DNA of 27,572 nt. It comes from a virus (lineage: Duplodnaviria > Heunggongvirae > Uroviricota > Caudoviricetes). Below, one piece after another: positions 7,508-16,366 of the stretch. The notes under the pieces are model-generated. The model was given only the letters and a program-made list of their open reading frames with translations. It ran no database searches and was not told the DNA's origin. The translations under genes and the position numbers were made by a program. The number at the start of each line of letters is the position of its first letter. The first letter of the stretch is position 1. The stretch spans positions 1 through 27,572 of the IMG/VR virus record IMGVR_UViG_2639762873_000006; one strand, written 5' to 3'.

Positions 7508-7999
7508 ATGGCAATAGTTCGCAAAGTAACTTTAAAAGGCGATATCTTTAAAGGCGAGACTATTACATTCGATTACCCCGCAGGGTCAGAAGTAGACTTG
7601 ATTGATCCAAACGGGGTAAAGACCTCATATACATATCCCTTCCCAGATATTGATACTAGTAACTGGGTAGCGGGTGTATGGACTGCAATTATTAACAGTA
7701 CCGTAGCATATGGTGTACAACAATTCGAAGTAATAGATCCAACTTCTAAAGCGTCAGAATATAACGACCTGATGCAAATCATCAAAGATATTGACCAGAT
7801 CATCATGGATAGAATTAAGGGCGGTGGTGTATTAAGTCAATCAATTCAAAATAAATCATTAACATATGAAAGTAGTGAAATACTTATGAAACTACGCCCT
7901 GTATATGTCAGTCGTGCAAATGATTTACTTTCGGATATGAAAGGATTCAATACTGGATGTCCTATCAAATCAATTACTACATTTAGGAGATCTCGCTAA
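7508..7999 (+). CDS. hypothetical protein between terminase and portal (163 aa)
   Basis: ORF with RBS AAGGAAA; occupies the position of lambda W but is larger and shows no similarity I can recognise. Confidence 0.5.
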   Translation: MAIVRKVTLKGDIFKGETITFDYPAGSEVDLIDPNGVKTSYTYPFPDIDTSNWVAGVWTAIINSTVAYGVQQFEVIDPTSKASEYNDLMQIIKDIDQIIMDRIKGGGVLSQSIQNKSLTYESSEILMKLRPVYVSRANDLLSDMKGFNTGCPIKSITTFRRSR

Positions 8000-9495
8000 T
8001 GTTCGGATGGAATAAAAAGAAAGTAGAAGAACCAAAACAAAAAGTATTAGTACAGAAGCCAGTGAAGCTAATGAAGAATAACCCGATGAAACGTGCAATG
8101 ACTTCCCTTAATTTGGGATCATCTAGCCCTGTTATCTCATTTGGCTTCACTGGCGGTAATCAGGCTGGCAATATTAACGCCATCATTAACCGTAATCTAC
8201 CTGTTATGGTTGCAGTAAGTCGTGAACTCTCAATTAAGAACGGTATTGTAAAGAAATATGTCAGTACGAATAGTGCGGGTGTAACGGGTGCAGATGGCCT
8301 ATATATTCGTCCTTGTACCCATAGCTCCGACGACGAACAAGTTAACCAGTCAATCGATAAACAGATTGAAGATGCATTCTATGCATGGGCCGAAGATCCT
8401 AAAGCGTTTTCCCGCTGCGGTACTCTAGATATCAGTACCTTCCAACGTCTGGTAGAACGTACTCGATCAGTAGATGGTGATTGTTTCATTCGCGTTCACA
8501 GTAAGCCAGGAGAGCTACCACAGATTGAGATTATCGATTCTATGCGTATCTCGACCTATGAGAACCAATTACTACCGTCGGGAAACTTTATCAGCAATGG
8601 TATTGAATTTGATATCAATACAAACCGTCCTGTAGCGTACTGGGTAACACGTTATAACCCCATCATGTACAACTATATGATTGGTGAGCGTGAGCGAGTA
8701 CCAGCAGACGAGATCCTACACCTATTCCAGCAGGACTACCCAACACAGCAACGCGGTATTCCAGATGTGCATTCCGGTACTGAAAAGTTAAAAGAGTTAG
8801 AGGAATTTATGGCGGCGGCAATTACTTCCCGTAAGGTTGCAGCGTCCGCAATGGCCTTTATCACTAATCCAGATAGTGACGATGTACAGCTACTGACTGA
8901 TGACAGTGTATCATACTATGATCAGGACTATCTAAATCCGGCTGCAATCGTAGAACTACAGGCAGGTCAGGATATTAAAACAGTAAACCCATCTCAGACT
9001 ACCGACGGTATTCAGGAGTTTATTGATAACCAAATGATGATGATTGCAATGGGATTAGATATTACAAAACAATCTCTAACTTCTGATACTAGTAATGCTT
9101 CATTCAGTGCTGCAAAGTTAACTGATAAATTACAGCAATCAACATTTAAAAGCCGTACTAATGCTTTAATTGTATCTGTACTAAAACCTCTTTATATTGC
9201 ATGGTTAAAATCTGCAATGCTAAATAGTAGTACATTAAGCAATTTAAATTTTAGTGATTTTAATAAATTGACTCATGCACAATATGTACAGACGCGTCAA
9301 ATCTCCCTAGATCCATATAAAGACCTTCAAACCGAAGTATTGGCAATTGATAACGGTTTAAAGAGTAAGGCAATGGTAATTTCGGAGATGGGATACGATC
9401 CGGTTATTGTCATGGAAGAAATCAACAAGGAAAATAAAGAAAATGGAATTGAACAAGAACCAGACGAGGGCGATCAATCTAACACAAATCAATAA
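7999..9495 (+). CDS. portal protein
   Basis: 498-aa ORF immediately after the terminase module, strong AGGAG RBS, acidic C-terminal tail; assignment is by position and size, not by a recognised motif. Confidence 0.65.
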   Translation: MFGWNKKKVEEPKQKVLVQKPVKLMKNNPMKRAMTSLNLGSSSPVISFGFTGGNQAGNINAIINRNLPVMVAVSRELSIKNGIVKKYVSTNSAGVTGADGLYIRPCTHSSDDEQVNQSIDKQIEDAFYAWAEDPKAFSRCGTLDISTFQRLVERTRSVDGDCFIRVHSKPGELPQIEIIDSMRISTYENQLLPSGNFISNGIEFDINTNRPVAYWVTRYNPIMYNYMIGERERVPADEILHLFQQDYPTQQRGIPDVHSGTEKLKELEEFMAAAITSRKVAASAMAFITNPDSDDVQLLTDDSVSYYDQDYLNPAAIVELQAGQDIKTVNPSQTTDGIQEFIDNQMMMIAMGLDITKQSLTSDTSNASFSAAKLTDKLQQSTFKSRTNALIVSVLKPLYIAWLKSAMLNSSTLSNLNFSDFNKLTHAQYVQTRQISLDPYKDLQTEVLAIDNGLKSKAMVISEMGYDPVIVMEEINKENKENGIEQEPDEGDQSNTNQ

Positions 9496-11305
9496 TGCAA
9501 TTGATGAAACTGATAGAACCGTAGAACTCTCTTTTGCCTCCGAAATTCCAGTAGTACGCGATATTAAAGGGACTCTCTACAATGAGATCCTTTTATGTAG
9601 TCCAGAAAACGTAGATTTAAGCCGTCTAAATGACGGTGCACCTGTACTAGTAGAACATGATGCAATGCGTCAAGTTGGTATAGTTGAAAATGCTCGCGTA
9701 GATATGGATAAGGTATGTCGTGCTACTGTACGTTTTAGTGCACTAGGAACCGCAAATACTATCTTCGGTATGATCGTAGAAGGTATTCGCCCTAAAGTAT
9801 CCGTAGGTTATAACATTCTAGATTACTACCTAGACGGTAATGATCTAATCGTTTCAAAATGGCAACCCTACGAAGTATCTAGCGTATCCACTCCGGGAGA
9901 TAATAGCGTAGGTGTGGGAAGATCACTAAATAGTAATGATGAAATTACTTTAGAGGATCAACCCCAAATGGAACCAGAACAAAAAGAAGAACTAGTACCG
10001 GAAGTAGAAATTATTGAAGAAGCACCAGTAGAAGAAGTGCAACCAGAAGTAATTGAAGAATCCGTAGTAGTCGAAAGTGAAGAATCAGTAGAAGTAGTAG
10101 AAGAACCCGAAGTGATCGAGGAAGTACAAGAAGAAGTACAACCGGAATTAGTAGAAGAACGTTCTATTGCAGTAACTGATATTCAAGAAAGTATAAATAA
10201 AGAAGTAGAAGCAAATCGTATTCGCGAACTTCAATCTATCTCTTCGGTACTAGGTGTTAGTACAGAAGAAGCAATTAAAAACGGTGTAAGCGTAGAAGAC
10301 TTTAAACGCTCACTAAATACAGATAATAAATCAATTGATAAGGATATCAAAAAAATGGAAAAGAAATCTCTAATTAACGAAGGTCTACGCAGTCTAAAAG
10401 GTGAAGCACACGATCTAGAAACTTTCGAAAAAGGTGCTCGCGGTTATAATGCAGACCTAAACGCAATGGTACGTAGCACCGCTGATACCACTTCTACCGT
10501 AACTGCGGCAGGTCTAGTAAAAGAAGAACTATCCGACGCGTATATTCGCCAACTACTAGCACAAACCGTACTAGGTCAACTACCAGTGACTGTATTTGGT
10601 GGCCTTGCTGGTCGTGGCAACTTCTCTATCCCGCGTGCTAAAGGTATGAACCCAGCAGCTAAATTCTATAACGAAGATGAAGCAGTAACCGACGGCTTCG
10701 AAACCTTTGATAAGATCACTCTAAAGCCTCGCATGTTCGCAGCAGGTATCAAGATCACTAAAGCAATGCTACTAAGCAACGCAGCAACCGAACGTTATGT
10801 TACCGACGAGCTACTACGCCAATGTTCTAACGGTCTAGAATCAGCAGTATTTGCACAAATCGCTACTACCGTTCCAGTACAACAAACCGCAGTATCTGGT
10901 CAAGTATCCGAAGCAGACGTACAGAAAGCTATCGAAGTTATCTCCGCTAAAAACGTAGATATCAATCGTTGTGTAGCTATCGTGCATCCTTCTATGCTTG
11001 CAAAACTACGTCAAACCGCAGTATTGAATAACACCGCAGCCGTAGCAATGGTAGCAGGTCATCGTTATGACATGTGGTTGAATGACGAAGTACGTGTAAT
11101 TGAATCTACTTTCGTAGCAGCAGATACCATTCTAATCGGTGATTTCTCTGAGCTAATCTTTGCTAACTGGAATGAAGGCCAAGAACTAGATTTTGATGAT
11201 ACTACCTACCGTGCAGCACAAACTATTGCAATTCGTAGTTTCCAATACCTAGATGTAGCTATCGCACACGAAGAAGCATTTGTACAACTACAACTAAAAC
11301 CATAA
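9443..11305 (+). CDS. prohead protease (HK97/S78-type) - acidic linker - major capsid protein (HK97 fold) fusion
   Basis: N-terminal about 170 aa carry protease-like motifs (GAPVLVEHD, SVGYNILDY, EVSSVSTPGD); Glu/Val-rich repeat linker; C-terminal about 300 aa look like an HK97-family capsid protein. Track start 9407 is TTG; ATG 9443 with an AAGGAAA RBS is preferred. Confidence 0.8.
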   Translation: MELNKNQTRAINLTQINNAIDETDRTVELSFASEIPVVRDIKGTLYNEILLCSPENVDLSRLNDGAPVLVEHDAMRQVGIVENARVDMDKVCRATVRFSALGTANTIFGMIVEGIRPKVSVGYNILDYYLDGNDLIVSKWQPYEVSSVSTPGDNSVGVGRSLNSNDEITLEDQPQMEPEQKEELVPEVEIIEEAPVEEVQPEVIEESVVVESEESVEVVEEPEVIEEVQEEVQPELVEERSIAVTDIQESINKEVEANRIRELQSISSVLGVSTEEAIKNGVSVEDFKRSLNTDNKSIDKDIKKMEKKSLINEGLRSLKGEAHDLETFEKGARGYNADLNAMVRSTADTTSTVTAAGLVKEELSDAYIRQLLAQTVLGQLPVTVFGGLAGRGNFSIPRAKGMNPAAKFYNEDEAVTDGFETFDKITLKPRMFAAGIKITKAMLLSNAATERYVTDELLRQCSNGLESAVFAQIATTVPVQQTAVSGQVSEADVQKAIEVISAKNVDINRCVAIVHPSMLAKLRQTAVLNNTAAVAMVAGHRYDMWLNDEVRVIESTFVAADTILIGDFSELIFANWNEGQELDFDDTTYRAAQTIAIRSFQYLDVAIAHEEAFVQLQLKP

Positions 11306-11318
11306 GGATATAACCACT

Positions 11319-11639
11319 ATGAGGCATTTTACTAGCAATCAAATTGATTCTACTTTCTTAAATGCCTTTGGTGAACCTATCACAATTAACGGGGCGAGTT
11401 TTACGGCAATCGTAGATCATCGCCCCGTTGTCGTTGATTCTAGCACTGAAGGACTAGTAGAAAGTACAGAATCATTCTTATCAGTAAAGACTGATGACCT
11501 ATCTACTTACAATATCGCTATTGATTCAGTGGTAGGCGTACAGGGTACTACATACACTGTATATAATATCTATAATGATTTGAGTGGTATTAGTGAAGTA
11601 TTCATTAGACCGTCAGCAATTAATAATTACGGGTGGTAA
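11319..11639 (+). CDS. head-tail attachment protein (lambda FII-like)
   Basis: 106 aa, directly after the capsid gene; pattern ITINGASFTAIVDHRP ... SFLSVKTDDL ... GTTYTVYNIYND resembles lambda FII as I recall it. Confidence 0.45.
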   Translation: MRHFTSNQIDSTFLNAFGEPITINGASFTAIVDHRPVVVDSSTEGLVESTESFLSVKTDDLSTYNIAIDSVVGVQGTTYTVYNIYNDLSGISEVFIRPSAINNYGW

Positions 11640-11640
11640 T

Positions 11641-12033
11641 ATGAATCTTCTAACTCAAGTACAGAAAACATTAAGAGACAGTTTAAATAATATCATCCCA
11701 ATTCGCAAAGCAATGAATATTGCAGCAGGTCGTGATCTCTTTATTCTCGTTTCAACCAATCAAACCTACCAATCAGTAAACTATAATAATCAAAATCAAA
11801 TGGGTAATTTTACCTTTCAATTCCTATTAGTACCAGAACCTTCAATTACATTACCCGCTGATACCTTCGGTACTATTTTTGATTACTTCCGTACTAATAC
11901 GATCATGGAATTTGGTAATAATGGCGTACAACTCCATAGCTATGACGTAGCTGACAGTGAACTAGTAACTGATCCGTCAACTGGTTATCAATCGCTATCT
12001 TTTGCAATAAATATTGTAGCAACTTTAAAATAA
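11641..12033 (+). CDS. putative tail terminator/neck protein (U-like by position)
   Basis: 130 aa starting at ATG 11641 (overlaps the upstream stop); sits where a tail terminator is expected; similarity to lambda U is weak. Confidence 0.35.
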   Translation: MNLLTQVQKTLRDSLNNIIPIRKAMNIAAGRDLFILVSTNQTYQSVNYNNQNQMGNFTFQFLLVPEPSITLPADTFGTIFDYFRTNTIMEFGNNGVQLHSYDVADSELVTDPSTGYQSLSFAINIVATLK

Positions 12034-12046
12034 AAGGAATTAAAAG

Positions 12047-15000
12047 ATGGCAGATCAAATTTTTACAGGGAGTGGTTTTAAATTATTTTATAATGACGAT
12101 ACCGCAAACCGTATCCCCGATAACGCAGGGAACGAGCTAGTAAATGAATTGGCGGCTATGCCTTCATTCGGTATTGATAGCCAAGTACAAACTATTGAAG
12201 TATATAACAGTGAATTTTCAGAGAAACTACTCGCAGAACAGAACGTAAACGATATTGATATTGTTGTTAACTACGTACCAGATTGCACCGCTCACGCATT
12301 TTTAGATCAAGCGACCGAAGATCAGACCGAGTTCCAGCTAACACTACAGTACGCCGTAACTGATGGTATCATCTCCTACAGTATGGTGAATGGTATGATT
12401 AGTTCCGCTCGCCTTGCTGGTGATAAAGACTCAGTAGTTACTAAATCATATACCTTTACCCCTACCGACGTTCTAGTACGTGATGGACAGGCACCATTGA
12501 GTACCGGACTAGTTGTAGGATCATATGGCGTAGGTAGTAACGGCGTAGACGTACCACAGTACGAACCACAGTTACCAAATGGCAACAGTTTTATCAAAGT
12601 ACCAGCAGCACGCAATGATAACCCAGCTAGTGCGGATCTAATGGGTATTGGTCTTATCGATTCCGGTACATTCTCCAGTATTGCAATGACTAAATCCGGT
12701 ACATTGGCAATCTATGCAAAGAACCAGAATACAGCATGGACGCGTATACTTACTGCAACTCAGATTAGTGATCAGTATGTACCACTTACGCGTAAGGTTA
12801 ATGGTAAAGCACTAAATGCAGATATTACTATTACTAAAGTAGATGTAGGACTAGGTAACGTAACTAATGATGCACAATTGAAAATAGCTAGTAACCTTTC
12901 TGATTTAAATAACGTCAACACAGCCCGTACTAACTTAAAAGTAGCTCGTTTTGAAGAAACTAGACCAGACCTAAGTACAATTTATTCTACTGATGATAAG
13001 TCTGGATATAAAGTAGTAGTACGTAGTGATGGCTATTGGGGTGCAATGAATGCAGACGGCACAGTCACTAAAGGTCTATCGATTGACATGGGCGGTACTG
13101 GTGCAAATACATTAGCACAAGCTCAAGCTAATCTAGGTATTGTAACTAGTGCGGCACAGGATGGAAAATATCTAGCTAAGGCAAGTAACCTTTCTGATTT
13201 ACCAAGTAAACCAACAGCCCGTACTAACTTAGGATTAGGTACAGCAGCTACATATAATGTAAGTAGTTCCGGTGCAAACGTTCCATTAATGAGTAGTGCA
13301 AATACGTGGACTGGAATACAATATTTTGGCAATGCACAATTTACATCTACCTATGTTAACCCGTTATTGATTCATAGTCCTACACCTACAATCTATTTGA
13401 AAGATACAGATACAAACGGCTTAGGGATGAAATTAATTGCAGATGGTAGTGTATTCCGTATGCAAGATGATACCTCCGCTGAAACGTGGGCTTTTTCTTA
13501 TAATTACAGTACGAAAGTAGTTACAATGCCATCCTTGCAACTTGCAACTAAACTACAAGTAGCAGAAGGCGGTACGGGTGCAACAAATTGGAAACAGGCA
13601 GCATATAACCTTAACGTTATGCCATATAACCGCAATAGTTTAACTGCAAGTGATAATCTCAATAATTTTGGTGGTCTTAATGCTGGTGTATATTTTTGTG
13701 CTTCAAGTGCTTATGCAACCCCTGCAAATAACTACCCAGAAGCTAACGCAGGTACAGTAATAGTTTATCAGAACGCCGCAAATAGTAGTGATGGTTGTAC
13801 ACAATTTTACTATCCATTCAATACTAACAAAGCATATAAACGTATTCTAAGATTTACCAGTCCAACTACTTCTACGTGGTCATCATGGGCAGAGATCCTA
13901 ACCTCCGAACATATTACCCCCGGTAATATCCCTCGTTTAAATGGTGGTAATACGTGGAATGGTAACCAATCTATTGATACTGGTTATCTAACACTAGGTT
14001 TAAAAAATACCAATGCAACCGCATTTGAAATTGGTAGCCAAACTACAAAAAACTCAGCTTATATTGACTTCCATACAAGCGGTTTAACTAATGACTATGA
14101 TACACGTATTATTGCAGAAACTACTACATCCACTGCAAATGGACAAGGTAAATTATCCTTCGTTGGTGGTGAGTTTAACTTTAATAATAATATTACAGGT
14201 CAGGGAAATATTACGGCTAATGCCTTTATCTCTAAAACTGTAGTTAGTGCAACTGGTGCTATCACTGGTGCAAGCCTCAATACTGGATCTGGTGCTATCA
14301 CTGGTGGTGCAATTAGCGGTACTACATTGACTACAACAGGAGCGGCGAAAGTAGGTAGTATTGATTCTACTGGTGGTCTATATGGGACTGGTGTAGTACA
14401 GGCAGATTCAGCCACTACTGGTACTTATATTAGAATGGGTAATGGTACAACTGATAACTATATCACAAGTAACAACTTCCCAGCAGGCGGTACACAACGC
14501 TATCTACAGTTCAAGAATGACGGTACTGTTAGAATCTCCGACCAGTTGATTATGCACAATAACTTAGATGCAAGTGGTAGCGACTTCCAAGTTACGGCTA
14601 ATAACTTCCGTATAGTAACTGGTGGTAATGGTCTACAGATCAAAAACAATTCAGGATCTGTATCATCTTATCTATCTGGCATTGGGTCTACTAACGTTCG
14701 CGAATGGTACATAGGTAAAGGTGGATCAGGTAAAGGGATTGCATGGTGGAACGATATGTCAGGCGGTCACGGTGTTGATTTAGGGGCAGATGGTAACATC
14801 ACATTAAATACCCTTGCCAGTACCGGAAACGTTAACATACGCGGTACTATGTCAACTACTGGTAGATTATCCGTAACAGGTGATGTAACAGCTTCCGGTA
14901 TAGTTAGAGCTAATACTACTTTTTCAGTTAATGGTACTAGTGGAACTTCTAACGCCCACCTATGGTACTACGGTCACACTGGAGCAAGTCGCGGCGTAAT

Positions 15001-15481
15001 CTATGCGGGAAGTGGCGGTACTATTAACTTCCGACCGGATCGTAATGATGCTGGGGGAGCTAATGGATACTCCGCAGCACTAGATTATACTGGTAAATTT
15101 ACTTGTATGTCGTTATCTCAAACATCCGACCAACGAGCTAAATATGATGCCGCTGATATTAGTGATTCACTAGGTAAGGTACTACAGCTAACTGGTAAGA
15201 CTTATAAAATGAAAGTTACACCAGAAGTAGAAGTAGATGGCGTGGGATTCTTTGCTCAGGAAGTAGAAAAATTCTTCCCAGAAGCTGTATCATCCGTTGG
15301 TAGTGCATATACTCAAGAAGGCGAAGAAATCGAAAACCCACTAGGTCTAGATTATCAGGCTATTTCTGTACTATATGCTGGGGCTATTAAAGAGCTAAAT
15401 GCTAAAGTAGAAGACCAACAATTACAACTCGATGAACTACGTGCTGTAGTAACTCAATTACTAATCGCACAGAATAAATAA
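12047..15481 (+). CDS. tail-tube-domain / tail-fibre fusion protein with C-terminal S74-type intramolecular chaperone domain
   Basis: Residues 1-150 align along their length with the 152-aa tube protein (15538-15996), roughly one-third identical by eye; two phage tail-fibre repeats (NLSDL...ARTNL); Gly/Thr/Ser/Asn-rich fibrous middle; C-terminal SDQRAKYD ... GFFAQEVEKFFPEAV ... coiled coil matches the S74 autoproteolytic chaperone pattern. Confidence 0.75.
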   Translation: MADQIFTGSGFKLFYNDDTANRIPDNAGNELVNELAAMPSFGIDSQVQTIEVYNSEFSEKLLAEQNVNDIDIVVNYVPDCTAHAFLDQATEDQTEFQLTLQYAVTDGIISYSMVNGMISSARLAGDKDSVVTKSYTFTPTDVLVRDGQAPLSTGLVVGSYGVGSNGVDVPQYEPQLPNGNSFIKVPAARNDNPASADLMGIGLIDSGTFSSIAMTKSGTLAIYAKNQNTAWTRILTATQISDQYVPLTRKVNGKALNADITITKVDVGLGNVTNDAQLKIASNLSDLNNVNTARTNLKVARFEETRPDLSTIYSTDDKSGYKVVVRSDGYWGAMNADGTVTKGLSIDMGGTGANTLAQAQANLGIVTSAAQDGKYLAKASNLSDLPSKPTARTNLGLGTAATYNVSSSGANVPLMSSANTWTGIQYFGNAQFTSTYVNPLLIHSPTPTIYLKDTDTNGLGMKLIADGSVFRMQDDTSAETWAFSYNYSTKVVTMPSLQLATKLQVAEGGTGATNWKQAAYNLNVMPYNRNSLTASDNLNNFGGLNAGVYFCASSAYATPANNYPEANAGTVIVYQNAANSSDGCTQFYYPFNTNKAYKRILRFTSPTTSTWSSWAEILTSEHITPGNIPRLNGGNTWNGNQSIDTGYLTLGLKNTNATAFEIGSQTTKNSAYIDFHTSGLTNDYDTRIIAETTTSTANGQGKLSFVGGEFNFNNNITGQGNITANAFISKTVVSATGAITGASLNTGSGAITGGAISGTTLTTTGAAKVGSIDSTGGLYGTGVVQADSATTGTYIRMGNGTTDNYITSNNFPAGGTQRYLQFKNDGTVRISDQLIMHNNLDASGSDFQVTANNFRIVTGGNGLQIKNNSGSVSSYLSGIGSTNVREWYIGKGGSGKGIAWWNDMSGGHGVDLGADGNITLNTLASTGNVNIRGTMSTTGRLSVTGDVTASGIVRANTTFSVNGTSGTSNAHLWYYGHTGASRGVIYAGSGGTINFRPDRNDAGGANGYSAALDYTGKFTCMSLSQTSDQRAKYDAADISDSLGKVLQLTGKTYKMKVTPEVEVDGVGFFAQEVEKFFPEAVSSVGSAYTQEGEEIENPLGLDYQAISVLYAGAIKELNAKVEDQQLQLDELRAVVTQLLIAQNK
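12890..12937 (+). repeat. tail-fibre repeat unit, copy 1 (48 nt)
   Basis: AGTAACCTTTCTGATTTA + 12 nt + ACAGCCCGTACTAACTTA; both 18-nt blocks identical to copy 2. Confidence 0.8.
13184..13231 (+). repeat. tail-fibre repeat unit, copy 2 (48 nt)
   Basis: Same two 18-nt blocks as copy 1 with a different 12-nt spacer; encodes SNLSDL....ARTNL. Confidence 0.8.
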
Positions 15482-15488
15482 ATAAACG

Positions 15489-15510
15489 GTAGGGAAAAGG
15501 CTTTCCCTAC
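15489..15510 (+). promoter_or_regulatory. perfect 9-bp stem hairpin between the fibre-fusion gene and the tube gene
   Basis: GTAGGGAAA aggc TTTCCCTAC, 8 nt after the stop at 15479-15481; no T-run. Confidence 0.45.
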
Positions 15511-15537
15511 TAATCCAACTTATATAAGGAAATAAAA

Positions 15538-15996
15538 ATGGCTTTTTCAATTATGACTGGTGCTAACCTAAAGGTAGAGTTAGGCACTTATACAGCAGGT
15601 AGTGATACCCCAGCAATCGATTTTAAAGAGATTCCAGAAGTGGCAACCTTTGCTACTAGTGGTTTTGAATCTACTGTAATTGACGTAGTTACTTACAACA
15701 GTAGTTTTAACCGTAAGCTACTAGGTACTAAATCCATCCCAGATATCGAACTAACTGTAAACTACCTAGCAGACAACGCAGTACACCAACAGTTAGAAAA
15801 ACTTGCAGACGATCAAGTACGTACTCAGGTTAAAATCACCTACTACGAAAACGCAACCCGTACTACTGGCTTCTTTGTAATCTATAATGCTTTCGTATCT
15901 GCTAACTTGATTGCAGGTAGTAAAGATGAAGTAGTAACTAAGGCATTCACCCTAGCGGTAGATGGCGGTCCTCTTTCTTCTGGCGTTAACCCATAA
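15538..15996 (+). CDS. major tail (tube) protein
   Basis: 152 aa, strong RBS, directly upstream of the chaperone pair and tape measure gene; followed by a strong intrinsic terminator. Confidence 0.7.
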   Translation: MAFSIMTGANLKVELGTYTAGSDTPAIDFKEIPEVATFATSGFESTVIDVVTYNSSFNRKLLGTKSIPDIELTVNYLADNAVHQQLEKLADDQVRTQVKITYYENATRTTGFFVIYNAFVSANLIAGSKDEVVTKAFTLAVDGGPLSSGVNP

Positions 15997-16008
15997 TCAC
16001 AATAAATA

Positions 16009-16042
16009 AGAGTGATGGAGTAATCCACACTCTTTTTTTTTA
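16009..16042 (+). terminator. rho-independent terminator after the tube gene
   Basis: AGAGTG(a)TGG agtaat CCACACTCT stem followed by a 9-T run. Confidence 0.75.
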
Positions 16043-16063
16043 TTTTACACAGGAATTATAAAC

Positions 16064-16366
16064 ATGAATCTACAAAACATTCTAAAAAAACTATCTCCAA
16101 AGAAACACGCTTTCGAAATCGAAGGTGAAACTATCTATATTCATCGTGCACGTTCAAAGGATATCGAAGCTCTAAACACTCCACTAAAAGCAGTAGTAGT
16201 ATGTACTTGTGATGAAAATGGTGATCCAATTTTCAGTACCGAAGATATCGAAGGACGTATTAACCTCAATGCGTTAGATTCCGAACACGTATCAAAAATC
16301 TATCTCGCTATCATCGAACTCTATAAAGATCCCGAAGATATTCAGGACGAAATCGAAAAAAAATAA
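16064..16366 (+). CDS. tail assembly chaperone (G-like)
   Basis: 100 aa between the tube and tape measure genes; ends ...EIEKK* with an A8 run immediately before the stop. Confidence 0.75.
   Translation: MNLQNILKKLSPKKHAFEIEGETIYIHRARSKDIEALNTPLKAVVVCTCDENGDPIFSTEDIEGRINLNALDSEHVSKIYLAIIELYKDPEDIQDEIEKK

Noticed and set aside
7478-7999. Upstream alternative starts given by the ORF track (800, 2140, 5124, 7478, 9407, 11584, 19553, 20188, 23891, 25895)
   Set aside because: Several of these are TTG/GTG codons (checked for 5124 and 9407) or lack an RBS; downstream ATGs with Shine-Dalgarno sequences or TAATG/ATGA coupling were preferred.
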